NCBI GenBank assembly: GCA_021818465.1
Contig: JAKAEA010000001.1
Span: forward strand, 454,045-518,044
Length of the DNA stretch: 64,000 bases
Source of the DNA: a bacterium
GTDB lineage: Bacteria > Patescibacteriota > Minisyncoccia > Phycocordibacterales > JAKAEA01
Reading direction: 5' to 3'
Below are positions 36,283-46,183 of this stretch, in pieces. How positions within the stretch are numbered: position 1 is the stretch's first letter; each line of letters starts with the position of its first letter. The notes beneath the pieces were generated by a model, which did no database searches, was not told where the DNA came from, and worked only from the letters and a program-made list of their open reading frames with translations. The position numbers were made by a program, and so were the translations under genes.

Positions 36283-37063
36283 TGTACACAGCCCCTCTGT
36301 TTCTATAATCATAGCTGCATATAATGAAGAAAAGTATATTGGCGCCACTATTGAAGCGGTACTAGCATTAGCATATCCAAATTTTAACGTGATTGTTGTT
36401 GATAATAATTCGCACGATGGCACGGCAGCTATTATTAAAAAGTATCCTGCCGTTACGTACATTTTAGAAAAGAAACCGGGAGTACAATTTGCCCGGGAAG
36501 CTGGCCAAGAAGCCACCGAGAGCGACATTATCGCCTTTTTAGACGCTGACTGCTTACCGCCACGTGATTGGTTAACACGTTGTGTTGCGCATTTACACAC
36601 TGGCGCAGTGGCGGTAGCGGGACCATACTATTATTACGATAATGGTAAAATTTTTGGAGCAATAAGTCTTTTTATTCAACAAATATGCTACACTCCAACC
36701 CACTACCTCCTACAGTGGTTGCACATTGGTGGTACTATGGCCTTTGGTAATGTTGTGGTAACAAAAAAAGCTCTGCGCGCTATCGGCGGTATTAACACAG
36801 AAATTGTTTTTTATGGAGACGACACTAATTTTGCCAAGCAACTTACGACTGTTGGCCATATTATTTATGATCCGCACCTCATCGTATATAGTTCCGCTCG
36901 CCGTTTTAAAGAATTAGGTATCCTGCGAACATTGAGTTTATACTGGTGGTTTTTTGTTCGAGAGGCAATCTTGAAAAGTTTTTTTAAGAAATCAGCATCA
37001 GTGAATAAACGTGCCGGCGAGCGCAAGCAGGTAACTCCAACCGCTCCGGACACCTTCAACTAA
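36269..37063 (+). CDS. Glycosyltransferase family 2
   Basis: SIIIAAYNEE, VVDNNSHDGT, FLDADC, YGDD, SSARR. Confidence 0.9.
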   Translation: MKETNVHSPSVSIIIAAYNEEKYIGATIEAVLALAYPNFNVIVVDNNSHDGTAAIIKKYPAVTYILEKKPGVQFAREAGQEATESDIIAFLDADCLPPRDWLTRCVAHLHTGAVAVAGPYYYYDNGKIFGAISLFIQQICYTPTHYLLQWLHIGGTMAFGNVVVTKKALRAIGGINTEIVFYGDDTNFAKQLTTVGHIIYDPHLIVYSSARRFKELGILRTLSLYWWFFVREAILKSFFKKSASVNKRAGERKQVTPTAPDTFN

Positions 37064-37207
37064 AAGTTGCCACGCGTACTGTAGATTGGCCTGCACTGTG
37101 GGAGATTCTACAATAGTTTGAATATTAATTTTAAAGTAACCAAGAATAACAAGAGCAGCCACAATAAGAAGTACCGCCGTAATGAAACCAGAACGAGCAT
37201 TGAGCAT
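36998..37207 (-). CDS. Small membrane protein
   Basis: 69 aa with N-terminal TM; follows gltX on the same strand with TATACT 8 nt before the ATG. Confidence 0.6.
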   Translation of the reverse strand: MLNARSGFITAVLLIVAALVILGYFKINIQTIVESPTVQANLQYAWQLLVEGVRSGWSYLLALAGTFIH

Positions 37208-37219
37208 AGCCCTATAGTA

Positions 37220-38566
37220 TCACGAAATTGCGACCAAAGCCGCCTTCAGTCGCTTAATAGTTTCTTCCTTACCCAAAATAGCCGCCAATGTAAAAGGATC
37301 TGGTGATTTTTCCCGACCGGAGAGTGCATAGCGCATTGGCCACAATACCGCTCCCCGACCCTGATGTTCAGCGTAGGGCCACAAAACCATTTTGGCCTTT
37401 TCGGCATCAAAATCAGACGTAAGGGTAGTAACAAAAGAAATTATTTTTTCAAGGTGCGCCCGTGTTGTTTCAGTACTGGTATCTTTCCAAATAATTTTTT
37501 TAGCATCTAGCACAGGTGTTTCAAAAAAATATGAGAATTCACCCGCATCCATCATTGTTTCGACATCGCTTGTCACACTTACTCGCTCACGAATACTAGA
37601 CACAATTTTAGGAGCCAAAGTCTCCACAGCACCTGCAAAGTAGCGCTTGCTCAGCACCTTGACAATGTCTTGTAGGAGTAATTCTGGCGGTTGCGTGCGC
37701 ATATATTCTCGATTAAACCATCGCAATTTTTCTTCATTAAAAATTGCACCGGCTTTTTGAATGTGTGCTATATCAAAAAGATGAATGAGCTCGTCAAGAG
37801 AAAAAATTTCTCGTTCGTTTTGGTTGGGGTTCCAGCCAAGCAACGCAATATAATTAATGAGCGCGGCGCGTAAAAAACCGGCCTGTTTATAGTAGCTAAG
37901 TGCGACGCGCTCGCCATGTTTTCGTTTAGAAAGCTTAGAGCGATCGGCGGCCAAAATAAGGGGTAAATGGGCATAGATAGGTCGCGGTGCGCCAAGTGCT
38001 TCTTGAATAAGAATTTGACGTGGCGTATTGGAAATATGGTCTTCACCACGAATAACGTGCGTGATGCCCATTAAAAAATCGTCAACAACCACACTGAAAT
38101 GGAACAATGGTTCTGTTGGACTGCGAGCAATAATAAAATCACCGAGATCGGTAGTATCCACACTAATATCGCCCCGAATTTCATCATGGAACGTTACTAT
38201 GGTGCCAGGGTTACGCAAACGAATAACCTCTCCCCGATCTCCTTCTTTTTCAACTTTTTCTTTGGAAACATAGGCTGCGCCACTGGCGAGCAACTTTTGC
38301 AGTTCGGTGGCGTGAATGTCTGCTCGTTCAGATTGTCGTGCAAATACATCCCATTCCAAACCAAGCCAGCGCATATTTTCAAGAATATTATCTTCATATT
38401 CTTTTTTGCTGCGAGCCACATCCGTATCTTCAATGCGCAATACAAACTGGCCACCATAATGACGGGCGAATAAAAAATTGAAGAGTGCAGTGCGCACACT
38501 GCCAATGTGAAAGAAACCGGTCGGACTCGGAGCAAAACGAACAGCAACGGGAGAATTATTTTTCAT
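37220..38566 (-). CDS. gltX: Glutamate--tRNA ligase
   Basis: RFAPSPTG, HIGS, LRIEDTD, HVIRGEDH, KLSKR. Confidence 0.97.
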   Translation of the reverse strand: MKNNSPVAVRFAPSPTGFFHIGSVRTALFNFLFARHYGGQFVLRIEDTDVARSKKEYEDNILENMRWLGLEWDVFARQSERADIHATELQKLLASGAAYVSKEKVEKEGDRGEVIRLRNPGTIVTFHDEIRGDISVDTTDLGDFIIARSPTEPLFHFSVVVDDFLMGITHVIRGEDHISNTPRQILIQEALGAPRPIYAHLPLILAADRSKLSKRKHGERVALSYYKQAGFLRAALINYIALLGWNPNQNEREIFSLDELIHLFDIAHIQKAGAIFNEEKLRWFNREYMRTQPPELLLQDIVKVLSKRYFAGAVETLAPKIVSSIRERVSVTSDVETMMDAGEFSYFFETPVLDAKKIIWKDTSTETTRAHLEKIISFVTTLTSDFDAEKAKMVLWPYAEHQGRGAVLWPMRYALSGREKSPDPFTLAAILGKEETIKRLKAALVAIS

Positions 38567-39683
38567 GTTTAAGAGCTAGACCAATAATTTCTCGAGCAAT
38601 AATATCCGCGGCATCAGCGCGAGCAAAACCAAGGGCTGCCTTTTTCATTACATCACGTTCTGCTGGCTGACTCATCAACCGGTCAATTTCTGAAACTAAA
38701 ATTGCGGTTGAGAGATTACTCTCTTCAATAACTACCGCCGCGCCAGAACGAGCGTAGTTATAGGCATTTTGACGCTGATGGTCACCGTTAGAATCCGTAA
38801 TAGGAATGATAATAGCAGGCACCCCCCATGCAGCAATTTCAAAAAGCGTAGAACCAGCTCGAGTAATCACTACATCAGCCGCGCCAGCAGCCATGCGCAA
38901 AGCCAACACCTCAAGTGAGGCAAAGGGTTTGTAACGATCTTTATGGGAACTTCCACTTAAAACAACATTTGCTAAACCGCGCACTTTATTAAAATTAGCA
39001 TCGCCGGTTTGGTGAATAATTTGATATTTTTCCACAAGACGTGGTAGCGCATCCACGAGAAATTCGTTGATACGCTCAGCGCCCTGAGAACCACCTAATA
39101 CAAGAATAACAGGCAGCGCTGGTGCTAATTCCAAAAAATCACGTGCTCCTTCATGCACTGGTCGCAATAATTCTTGGCGAATAGGATTACCAGTGACCGC
39201 TACCTTTTCTGCTGGAAAAAATTTTGCCGCTTCCTGATACGAAACTGCCACACGTATAGCAAACTTCCCTGCCCACCTATTCATACGACCCGGCACACTA
39301 TCAGACTCATGAATCACAACAGGAATTCCAAAAAAACGCGCTGCACACAAAACAGGAAAACTAACGTATCCACCTTTACCAAAAACCACATCAGGAAAAA
39401 TAAAATACAGAGACCACAACGCCGTAACAATTCCCCAGGCTGTGCGAAACACATCAAAAAAATTTGCTATAGAAAAATATCGTCGAAGTTTGCCCGCAGT
39501 ATTGCGAACAAATACAACACGATTATCAAAAAGCACTTGGCGGTCGTATGGTTGCGGCGCCATATAATACAGCTGCACGTCTACCAGTTTCGTTTCAGCC
39601 GCCACTTTACGCAGGGCTTGAGCCACGGCAATAACCGGGTAAAAATGACCGCCTGTTCCACCACCTGTCAATAAAATTTTCAT
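38556..39683 (-). CDS. murG: MurG glycosyltransferase
   Basis: GGGTGGHFYP, GGYVS, HESD, GNPIR, GGSQGA, HQRQNA. Confidence 0.97.
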   Translation of the reverse strand: MKILLTGGGTGGHFYPVIAVAQALRKVAAETKLVDVQLYYMAPQPYDRQVLFDNRVVFVRNTAGKLRRYFSIANFFDVFRTAWGIVTALWSLYFIFPDVVFGKGGYVSFPVLCAARFFGIPVVIHESDSVPGRMNRWAGKFAIRVAVSYQEAAKFFPAEKVAVTGNPIRQELLRPVHEGARDFLELAPALPVILVLGGSQGAERINEFLVDALPRLVEKYQIIHQTGDANFNKVRGLANVVLSGSSHKDRYKPFASLEVLALRMAAGAADVVITRAGSTLFEIAAWGVPAIIIPITDSNGDHQRQNAYNYARSGAAVVIEESNLSTAILVSEIDRLMSQPAERDVMKKAALGFARADAADIIAREIIGLALKHEK

Positions 39684-39692
39684 ACGACGATT

Positions 39693-40793
39693 CTACACTT
39701 TTTTTCCGTTTTTAGAAATATTGAGAATAATACCAACTTCGGATAAGGCAAAAAGCATTGCCGTCCCACCCTGACTCACGAATACTAGAGGAATACCAGT
39801 TAAGGGCAAAACTGCTAACATGGAACCAATATTGACAAATGATTGCACAACAATAATTGTAACGAATCCAACGACGAGCGATCCTCCAAATGTTTCCGAC
39901 GTTTGCACAGCGATACGATAGCCGCGTATAGCAAAAAAAATAACGAGACTAATGAGAATGAGCGAACCAATAAAACCAAACTCCTCAGCAGCGACGGCGA
40001 AAATAGAGTCGCCAGCCGGCTCTGGTAAAAAATTAAATTTTTGAATTCCCTGACCAAAACCACGGCCAAACACCTCGCCAGAACCTTCCGCAATGAGGGC
40101 TTGCTGAATCTGATATCCGGAACTAAGCGAATTTTGAGACGGATTTAAAAACGTTAAAAAACGCTGCATCACATACGGTCGAGCAATTGCTAATACACCC
40201 ACAGCAAGTATGGCCACTAAAAAAATAATACCTACATGTCGCCACTTTCCTCCCGCAGTAATAAACATTGCCAACAGTGCGGTAACTAAAACAATTGTCG
40301 TGCCTGTATCCGGTTCTTTAATAAGCAATCCTCCAACGAGCGCCATAATGATAAGTAGCGGAACAAGTCCGTGGCGCACCGTGGTAATTCCTTTTTTAAC
40401 TTTTGCAATCCAGGCGGCAAAATAAATAATGGAGGCAAATTTCAAAAGTTCCGATGGTTGAAAACTCAACGGTCCCAAATTAAGCCAGCGGTGTGAACCA
40501 TTGTACGAGAATCCAATTTTCGGAAGAAATACTGCCACACACGCCAACAAACCAACAATAAAAAGCCACAATGCCCAGTTTCGCCATCGACGATACGACA
40601 TACTGGTAAACGATATGAGAAGTATTGCCCCTCCCACAATACCAACTGCGAATTGTTTAGCAATAACCACAACGTAGCTAATATTTTGTCGCGCCGCTAA
40701 TCCCAATGCGGCCGACATAAAAATGGCAAAACCAACTATAACCAAGAGTACAGTTGCCAGCAAAAAAGTTCTGTCGATGGAACGCAAATGCAT
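39693..40793 (-). CDS. ftsW: SEDS peptidoglycan polymerase FtsW
   Basis: RWLNLG, FQPSELLK, EPDTGT, GYQIQQ, PLTGIPLVFVSQGG; lies between mraY and murG. Confidence 0.9.
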   Translation of the reverse strand: MHLRSIDRTFLLATVLLVIVGFAIFMSAALGLAARQNISYVVVIAKQFAVGIVGGAILLISFTSMSYRRWRNWALWLFIVGLLACVAVFLPKIGFSYNGSHRWLNLGPLSFQPSELLKFASIIYFAAWIAKVKKGITTVRHGLVPLLIIMALVGGLLIKEPDTGTTIVLVTALLAMFITAGGKWRHVGIIFLVAILAVGVLAIARPYVMQRFLTFLNPSQNSLSSGYQIQQALIAEGSGEVFGRGFGQGIQKFNFLPEPAGDSIFAVAAEEFGFIGSLILISLVIFFAIRGYRIAVQTSETFGGSLVVGFVTIIVVQSFVNIGSMLAVLPLTGIPLVFVSQGGTAMLFALSEVGIILNISKNGKKV

Positions 40794-40837
40794 TATGTGT
40801 ATTATCGCACTAGTTAACGATTATGCCATCCCCAATT

Positions 40838-41929
40838 TTAGTGGATAGCAGTTGTTTGAATAACTGCCAAAAGCATGCCGAGCATCGCCAACACAACTGC
40901 CAAAATCCAGTAGCGCATTGTCACTTTAGCTGCCGGCCAACCTTTTGCTTCAAAATGATGGTGCAGTGGTGCGACTAAAAATATTTTTTTACCACCGCGC
41001 ATTTTTTTGGAAATTACTTGTATGATAACTGAAGCAACTGTTACCACGAGTAAAAAACCAATAATTGGTAACACGAGAATACCGTAGCCATGCCCTAGAG
41101 AATCTGTCATAAAAGCTACCGTGGTTAAACATAGTGTCAAAGCCATACTGCCTGTTTCAGCCATATAAAAGCGGGCGGGCGGTACGTTAAACCACAAAAA
41201 AGCAAGAATGGCACCTACGAGTACCGAACAAAGTGCGGCAAGATCGTATTGATGTTGGAAAAAAGCAATACCACCATATGCGGTAAAAGCAGCAGCAAAA
41301 ATACCACCTGCCAAACCATCGAGCCCGTCAATAACTCCACCGGCATACACCGCCATCGCCACAATCATAAAAAACACCGGGAAAAATGGTCCGAGCGGCA
41401 AACTCTGACCAAACGGCAAACCGATCGTAGAAATATCAAGCTTCACAAAAAACCATAAGCCGCACAGTAAACCAATAACTGCCACTACCACCAATCGTTT
41501 CTTGAGCGACAAACCGCCCGCTTTGTGATCTTTCGAACCAGATACATCCAAATAATCATCATACAAACCAACGAGCGCACCGAGCAAAAGAACCGCCATA
41601 GGAATAAAAGTTTGACTGCGACTCAAAAAATTAAATCGCTCAGCTAAACTATCTGGGCTTAGGTGTGCAATAAACCAAAAACCAGCAACAGTGACAAAAA
41701 CGCTGGCCCAAATTACTACTCCACCCATTTTGGGCGTACCCACCTCTTTATCTTTATGTAAACTATTAAAAATTGGCGTGTCGTTTCCTTGAAAATCTAC
41801 CTTTCCTGCTTTTTTCTTCCAGAGTTTATGCCGATACAAATACGAGCTAATGAATGGGGTAAGTAAAATGCCAATAATAAATGCCGTAGTACCGGGCAAA
41901 AAAAGCTTCAGTAAATCAGCGTTAATCAT
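40838..41929 (-). CDS. mraY: Phospho-N-acetylmuramoyl-pentapeptide transferase
   Basis: GTPKMGG, GLYDD, DGLDGLA, APLHHHFE. Confidence 0.95.
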   Translation of the reverse strand: MINADLLKLFLPGTTAFIIGILLTPFISSYLYRHKLWKKKAGKVDFQGNDTPIFNSLHKDKEVGTPKMGGVVIWASVFVTVAGFWFIAHLSPDSLAERFNFLSRSQTFIPMAVLLLGALVGLYDDYLDVSGSKDHKAGGLSLKKRLVVVAVIGLLCGLWFFVKLDISTIGLPFGQSLPLGPFFPVFFMIVAMAVYAGGVIDGLDGLAGGIFAAAFTAYGGIAFFQHQYDLAALCSVLVGAILAFLWFNVPPARFYMAETGSMALTLCLTTVAFMTDSLGHGYGILVLPIIGFLLVVTVASVIIQVISKKMRGGKKIFLVAPLHHHFEAKGWPAAKVTMRYWILAVVLAMLGMLLAVIQTTAIH

Positions 41930-41964
41930 AAAAATCGAACAATGTTTTGGTGATTATACCTTTG

Positions 41965-43047
41965 CTAGCCGCCAGCAGCAACAACAGCGGCGGACGTTGA
42001 TGCAAGAGCGGCCACATCAGCAAAACGACCGCTTTCTGTAGAACCAAGCACTACAATAACGATTGGGTGGCCAGCAATATTAACAATCACAGCAAGATTG
42101 CCACCAGCAATATCAGTATACCCTGTTTTGCTGGCAACAATATTCAATCCCCCCAAAGTCAAAAGGTCAGTGTTTTTGCCAGTATGTACAATGTTGTTTA
42201 ATGACGTTTCCGTAACCGTTGGAAAACGGGTTGCATCAATAATATTTGGATAGCGTGCCGCATCGTATGTTATGAGCTTCGCCACGTCTTCAGCAGAAGC
42301 GTAGGCGCCAGAAGTAGTTGTGCTCAAATCAAGACCGCTCGGATCAAGAAAACGCGCATGTGTAAGTCCAATTTGACTCGCAAGCGTGTTCATTTTACTG
42401 ACAAAAGCAGCTTGATAATTTTTAAGCACAGTCGTTGAAGCCGACCATACTAAAGCAGAAGCATTGGGAATGGGTAGTTCTGCTGTATGTGCCGTGGTGA
42501 TATGTTCTTGCGTTGCAATAGTAGTAGGATTTTCTAAAAGTGCGCCAATATTTTGCGCTATAGAAGTCGCGCCATCATTAGAAGAAACTACTAATGTAAA
42601 TCGTAATAAATCACCAAGACGCCATCGCTCTTGTACATACAAACCACTATCACCTCCCCACCCTTCTAGTAAGGAGAGGCGGGTAATAGCAACGACAGTT
42701 GTAGTGGGAGCGCTATCAAGCGCCGTTGCTGTCGTCATTAACTTTGTGAGCGATGCTAGTGCAAGTGGTTCTGAAGCGTTTTTTGCAAATAATGTCTGCC
42801 CGGTACTCAGGTCGGCAACGTAGGCAGCTTTGCCGACTAAAGTCGTCGTAGCAAAATACGTACTCCAATTTTGACGCACTACCGGAAGTGGTGCGGGAGT
42901 TGATTTTTGAGAAACAATTTTCTTTTCACCAACTGGATGAGTTATTGAAAATGCAATGAGAGCAATAATGATAATGCATACGAGGCCTATACCAAGCCAC
43001 ATAAAGCGTGTACGCCAGGATTGGCGATAATAAGGATAATGCATCAT
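41965..43047 (-). CDS. D-alanyl-D-alanine carboxypeptidase (peptidase S11)
   Basis: SxxK (ASLTKLMT), SxN (SSNDG), KTG (SKTGYT); N-terminal TM. Confidence 0.9.
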   Translation of the reverse strand: MMHYPYYRQSWRTRFMWLGIGLVCIIIIALIAFSITHPVGEKKIVSQKSTPAPLPVVRQNWSTYFATTTLVGKAAYVADLSTGQTLFAKNASEPLALASLTKLMTTATALDSAPTTTVVAITRLSLLEGWGGDSGLYVQERWRLGDLLRFTLVVSSNDGATSIAQNIGALLENPTTIATQEHITTAHTAELPIPNASALVWSASTTVLKNYQAAFVSKMNTLASQIGLTHARFLDPSGLDLSTTTSGAYASAEDVAKLITYDAARYPNIIDATRFPTVTETSLNNIVHTGKNTDLLTLGGLNIVASKTGYTDIAGGNLAVIVNIAGHPIVIVVLGSTESGRFADVAALASTSAAVVAAGG

Positions 43048-43053
43048 AAAATG

Positions 43054-43623
43054 TTATTGTATGGTTTCGCCTTCAGTCTGTTCTGTTACCGCTTTTTGTT
43101 GTTCTCGTATCTCATCTTGCACTGTAGCGTATTCTGGTAAATCACTGACACGAGCGACGCCGAGATATCCCAAGAGCGCCGTAGTTGGTTGATATATCGC
43201 TCCCCGCTCACCTTTTTTCTCTACTCGTTCCACTAAACCACGAACTAGTAAGTTGCGAATAATATAGGAGCAATTAACACCACGAATATATTCAATATCG
43301 CGACGACCCACCGGTCCGCGATATAAAATAATAGCCAGAGTTTCTAAGCCGGCCTTACCAAGATCTTTGACCAGCTCTTCTTTAACTAAACGTTCAATGA
43401 AAGGACCTGCTACGGCAGCGGTACCTAAAAAAATTTCATCGCCATTAAAAATGAGTTGCACTCCTCTGCCCTGTAAATTTTTCTCCAATTCCACAAGGGC
43501 CGTTTCAATATCTGCCATAGGAGCACCAGCTAATTCTGCCAACCGATCTTTTTTAACAGGCTCACCTTTCCAAAATAAAATAGCTTCCAGAGTAACCACC
43601 AAAGAAAGTTGCGCTTCGTGCAT
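43054..43623 (-). CDS. scpB: SMC-Scp complex subunit ScpB
   Basis: LEAILF, LETLAIILY, IEYIRGVN. Confidence 0.92.
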   Translation of the reverse strand: MHEAQLSLVVTLEAILFWKGEPVKKDRLAELAGAPMADIETALVELEKNLQGRGVQLIFNGDEIFLGTAAVAGPFIERLVKEELVKDLGKAGLETLAIILYRGPVGRRDIEYIRGVNCSYIIRNLLVRGLVERVEKKGERGAIYQPTTALLGYLGVARVSDLPEYATVQDEIREQQKAVTEQTEGETIQ

Positions 43624-43658
43624 AGTCAAATAATCATACAGCAACCCTGTTGTATTTT

Positions 43659-44396
43659 CTAGTAGCGTGGCGTGGCCACGCTTTGTGTTTCCATTTCAAT
43701 ATCACCGAAATCGTTCTCTTGACGCACCGCCAATGCACCACGCTTCACTAATTCCAACATTGCCAAAAAACTGACAATAACATGCACTCTGCGTTCGCGT
43801 CCGTCACCAGGTGCGTGGCCGCTTGAAAACTCGCGAAAACTCATTTTGAGCGTGCCGGCAATACGTTCAGAAAGATTACCAATCATTTCTTCCAGAGAAA
43901 TAACTTTTTTAACAACCGCTGCTGGTAAACGCTCCTTGATCGGCATGGCCGCAAGCACTGCGTGGATAGCGGCAGCGAGCGCCGGCAACGTCATCGAAGC
44001 ATCGGGCGAAAACACCGGAGTAATTGTTCGCGGTGCATTTTTTTCAAAAATAATGTGTTGGCCCCAGCGATTTTTAAGCCCACCTGCCAACTCACGAATA
44101 CGCCGGTACAGCTCCAAACGCCGTTCCAAATCGTGAATATTTTCTTCTTCTTCTGGCGAAAGCGAGAGTGTCGGTAAAAGCGATTTTGACTTAATGAGCA
44201 ACAGTGTCGAAGCAACAAGGATAAACTGCGCGCTTTCCGCCACTGGAAAATGTTCTAGTTGATTAAGGTAGGTAATAAAATCATCAGCCACCGCCGAGAG
44301 CGACACGTCATTAACAAAGAGCTTACGTTTCTCAATGAGTTCCAACAGTACCTCCAACGGCCCTTCAAAATGTTCTGATTTTACCTGCCACGTCAT
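43659..44396 (-). CDS. scpA: Segregation and condensation protein ScpA
   Basis: FEGPLEVLLELI, LLLIKSKSLLP, FLAMLELVK. Confidence 0.93.
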   Translation of the reverse strand: MTWQVKSEHFEGPLEVLLELIEKRKLFVNDVSLSAVADDFITYLNQLEHFPVAESAQFILVASTLLLIKSKSLLPTLSLSPEEEENIHDLERRLELYRRIRELAGGLKNRWGQHIIFEKNAPRTITPVFSPDASMTLPALAAAIHAVLAAMPIKERLPAAVVKKVISLEEMIGNLSERIAGTLKMSFREFSSGHAPGDGRERRVHVIVSFLAMLELVKRGALAVRQENDFGDIEMETQSVATPRY

Positions 44397-44406
44397 ATAC
44401 GTCTCG

Positions 44407-45738
44407 TTACTTGGACAATAAAATATCGATGCGATTGAGATCGCGCGGAAAAAGCGTCGCTTCTTTAACATTTTCCAACCCTAGCAGTTTGGCGGTTAAT
44501 CGTTCTAAACCAAGACCGATGCCGCCATGTGGTGGCATACCATATTTAAAGGCCTGCAAATAAAAAGAAAACTTTTGAGGATCAAGTCCTTTACGCTCTA
44601 GGGCAGCGACGAGTGTGTCGTAGTCGTGAATACGCTGAGCGCCGGTAGTAATCTCCACACCGCGAAAAAGCAAATCAAACCCTTTGGCATAGCCAGGGTC
44701 AGCATCATCTTCCATGGTATAGAACGGTCGCTTGGCAAGCGGATAGTGGGTGATAAAAATAAAATCCGAGTCAAATTTTTTCGCGGCATACTCACAGAGC
44801 CACCGCTCGTGCTGCGGCTCCAAATCAGGTTCTTCAGTGCAGTCAACGCCATATTCGGCTTTGATAATTTTCTGCGCTTCGCGTAATTTCAGTGTCGGAA
44901 TTTTTTCCGGCACCACAGGAATCTCACTGGCAAGCAACGAAAATTCCGCGGCACACGTCTCACGCAAACGCTTCGCCATACACTGCAAAAAACCATTTTC
45001 CATGTTCATTACATCAGTGTGATCAGTAATGAATCCCATCTCAAAATCCAATGAGGTGTACTCGTTCAGATGACGTGACGTGCTGTGCTTCTCAGCACGA
45101 TACACATTACCTGTACTAAAAACTCGTTCAAACACACCAACCATCACCTGCTTATAGAGTTGCGGACTTGTTCCCAAGTGCGCGGTTGTGCCAAAATATT
45201 CCACGTTAAAAGTGTTAGCACCACCTTCAGCATCTTCGCCAATAAGTTTGGGCGACTGAAATTCAGTAAATCCGTGCCGCATTAAAAATTCGCGAAAGGC
45301 GGTAATGATTGTCGCTTGCACTTTGAAAATAGCTCGCGAGCGGGGCGTGCGTAATGTCAGTGGCAAATAATCAAGATAGGTGTCTAAATTAAGCTCGGCA
45401 CTCTGTTCAAACGGTAATTCTTTAGCTGCAGCACATACTCGCACCTCCAACGCTTCCAACTCAATAGTGCCGTTGACTTCATCTTTGTTGACCATTTTTT
45501 CTGGTCGACTATTGACTATACCCTTCACTTCCAAAACCCATTCCGCTCGGCTTTCTACCGCAACGTTATGAGCCTCAGCGTGATTCGGTAATGCCACTAC
45601 TTGCACCGTACCACTACGGTCGCGTAGGTCAAAAAAAATTAATTTGCCGTGATCGCGTCGCACATTCACCCAGCCAGCAATAGTTACCTCTTTCCCAATG
45701 TGGTTTTTTAACTCATTAATAAGCATTCGTTCGGTCAT
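44407..45738 (-). CDS. aspS: Aspartate--tRNA(Asp/Asn) ligase, short archaeal-type
   Basis: OB fold (RDHGKLIFFDLRD), SPQLYKQ, YRAEKH, GAQRIH, GMPPHGGIGLGLER; 443 aa with no GAD insert. Confidence 0.9.
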   Translation of the reverse strand: MTERMLINELKNHIGKEVTIAGWVNVRRDHGKLIFFDLRDRSGTVQVVALPNHAEAHNVAVESRAEWVLEVKGIVNSRPEKMVNKDEVNGTIELEALEVRVCAAAKELPFEQSAELNLDTYLDYLPLTLRTPRSRAIFKVQATIITAFREFLMRHGFTEFQSPKLIGEDAEGGANTFNVEYFGTTAHLGTSPQLYKQVMVGVFERVFSTGNVYRAEKHSTSRHLNEYTSLDFEMGFITDHTDVMNMENGFLQCMAKRLRETCAAEFSLLASEIPVVPEKIPTLKLREAQKIIKAEYGVDCTEEPDLEPQHERWLCEYAAKKFDSDFIFITHYPLAKRPFYTMEDDADPGYAKGFDLLFRGVEITTGAQRIHDYDTLVAALERKGLDPQKFSFYLQAFKYGMPPHGGIGLGLERLTAKLLGLENVKEATLFPRDLNRIDILLSK

Positions 45739-45796
45739 AGTATTGAAATAATAGCAAATTCATGCTGAAAAGCGAATTTTTTAGTCTCCAACAAGT

Positions 45797-46180
45797 ATGG
45801 TACAGTATGAGTACGGCCAATTTAAAAACATGCACTTCCATCTCGGTCTCAAACACAAACACCTACGTCACGAAAAAGAAGCTCAGGGAGAGCCAAGTAT
45901 GCCCACCGAAGCAAATCCGCGATACATCCACTTTCTTGACCGTGTCACGTTTATTGCTGGCGTTGTTGGACCATTCACTGTATTGCCCCAGATTTACCAA
46001 ATTTTTAGCACCCACCAAGCCGCCGGTGTTTCCGTCATCGCGTGGCTATTGATGTTTATTGTTACCTTTCCTTGGATTTTCTATGGTGTCGCGCATCGTG
46101 ACAAAACTATCATCATTAGTTTTATTCTCTGGGAAATCGCCAACGCTCTCGTAGTCGTGGGCGCTATGATGTATCACTAA
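45797..46180 (+). CDS. SemiSWEET/PQ-loop family transporter
   Basis: GPFTVLPQIYQI..AAGVS, WIFYG; three TM helices. Confidence 0.8.
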   Translation: MVQYEYGQFKNMHFHLGLKHKHLRHEKEAQGEPSMPTEANPRYIHFLDRVTFIAGVVGPFTVLPQIYQIFSTHQAAGVSVIAWLLMFIVTFPWIFYGVAHRDKTIIISFILWEIANALVVVGAMMYH

Positions 46181-46183
46181 AAA

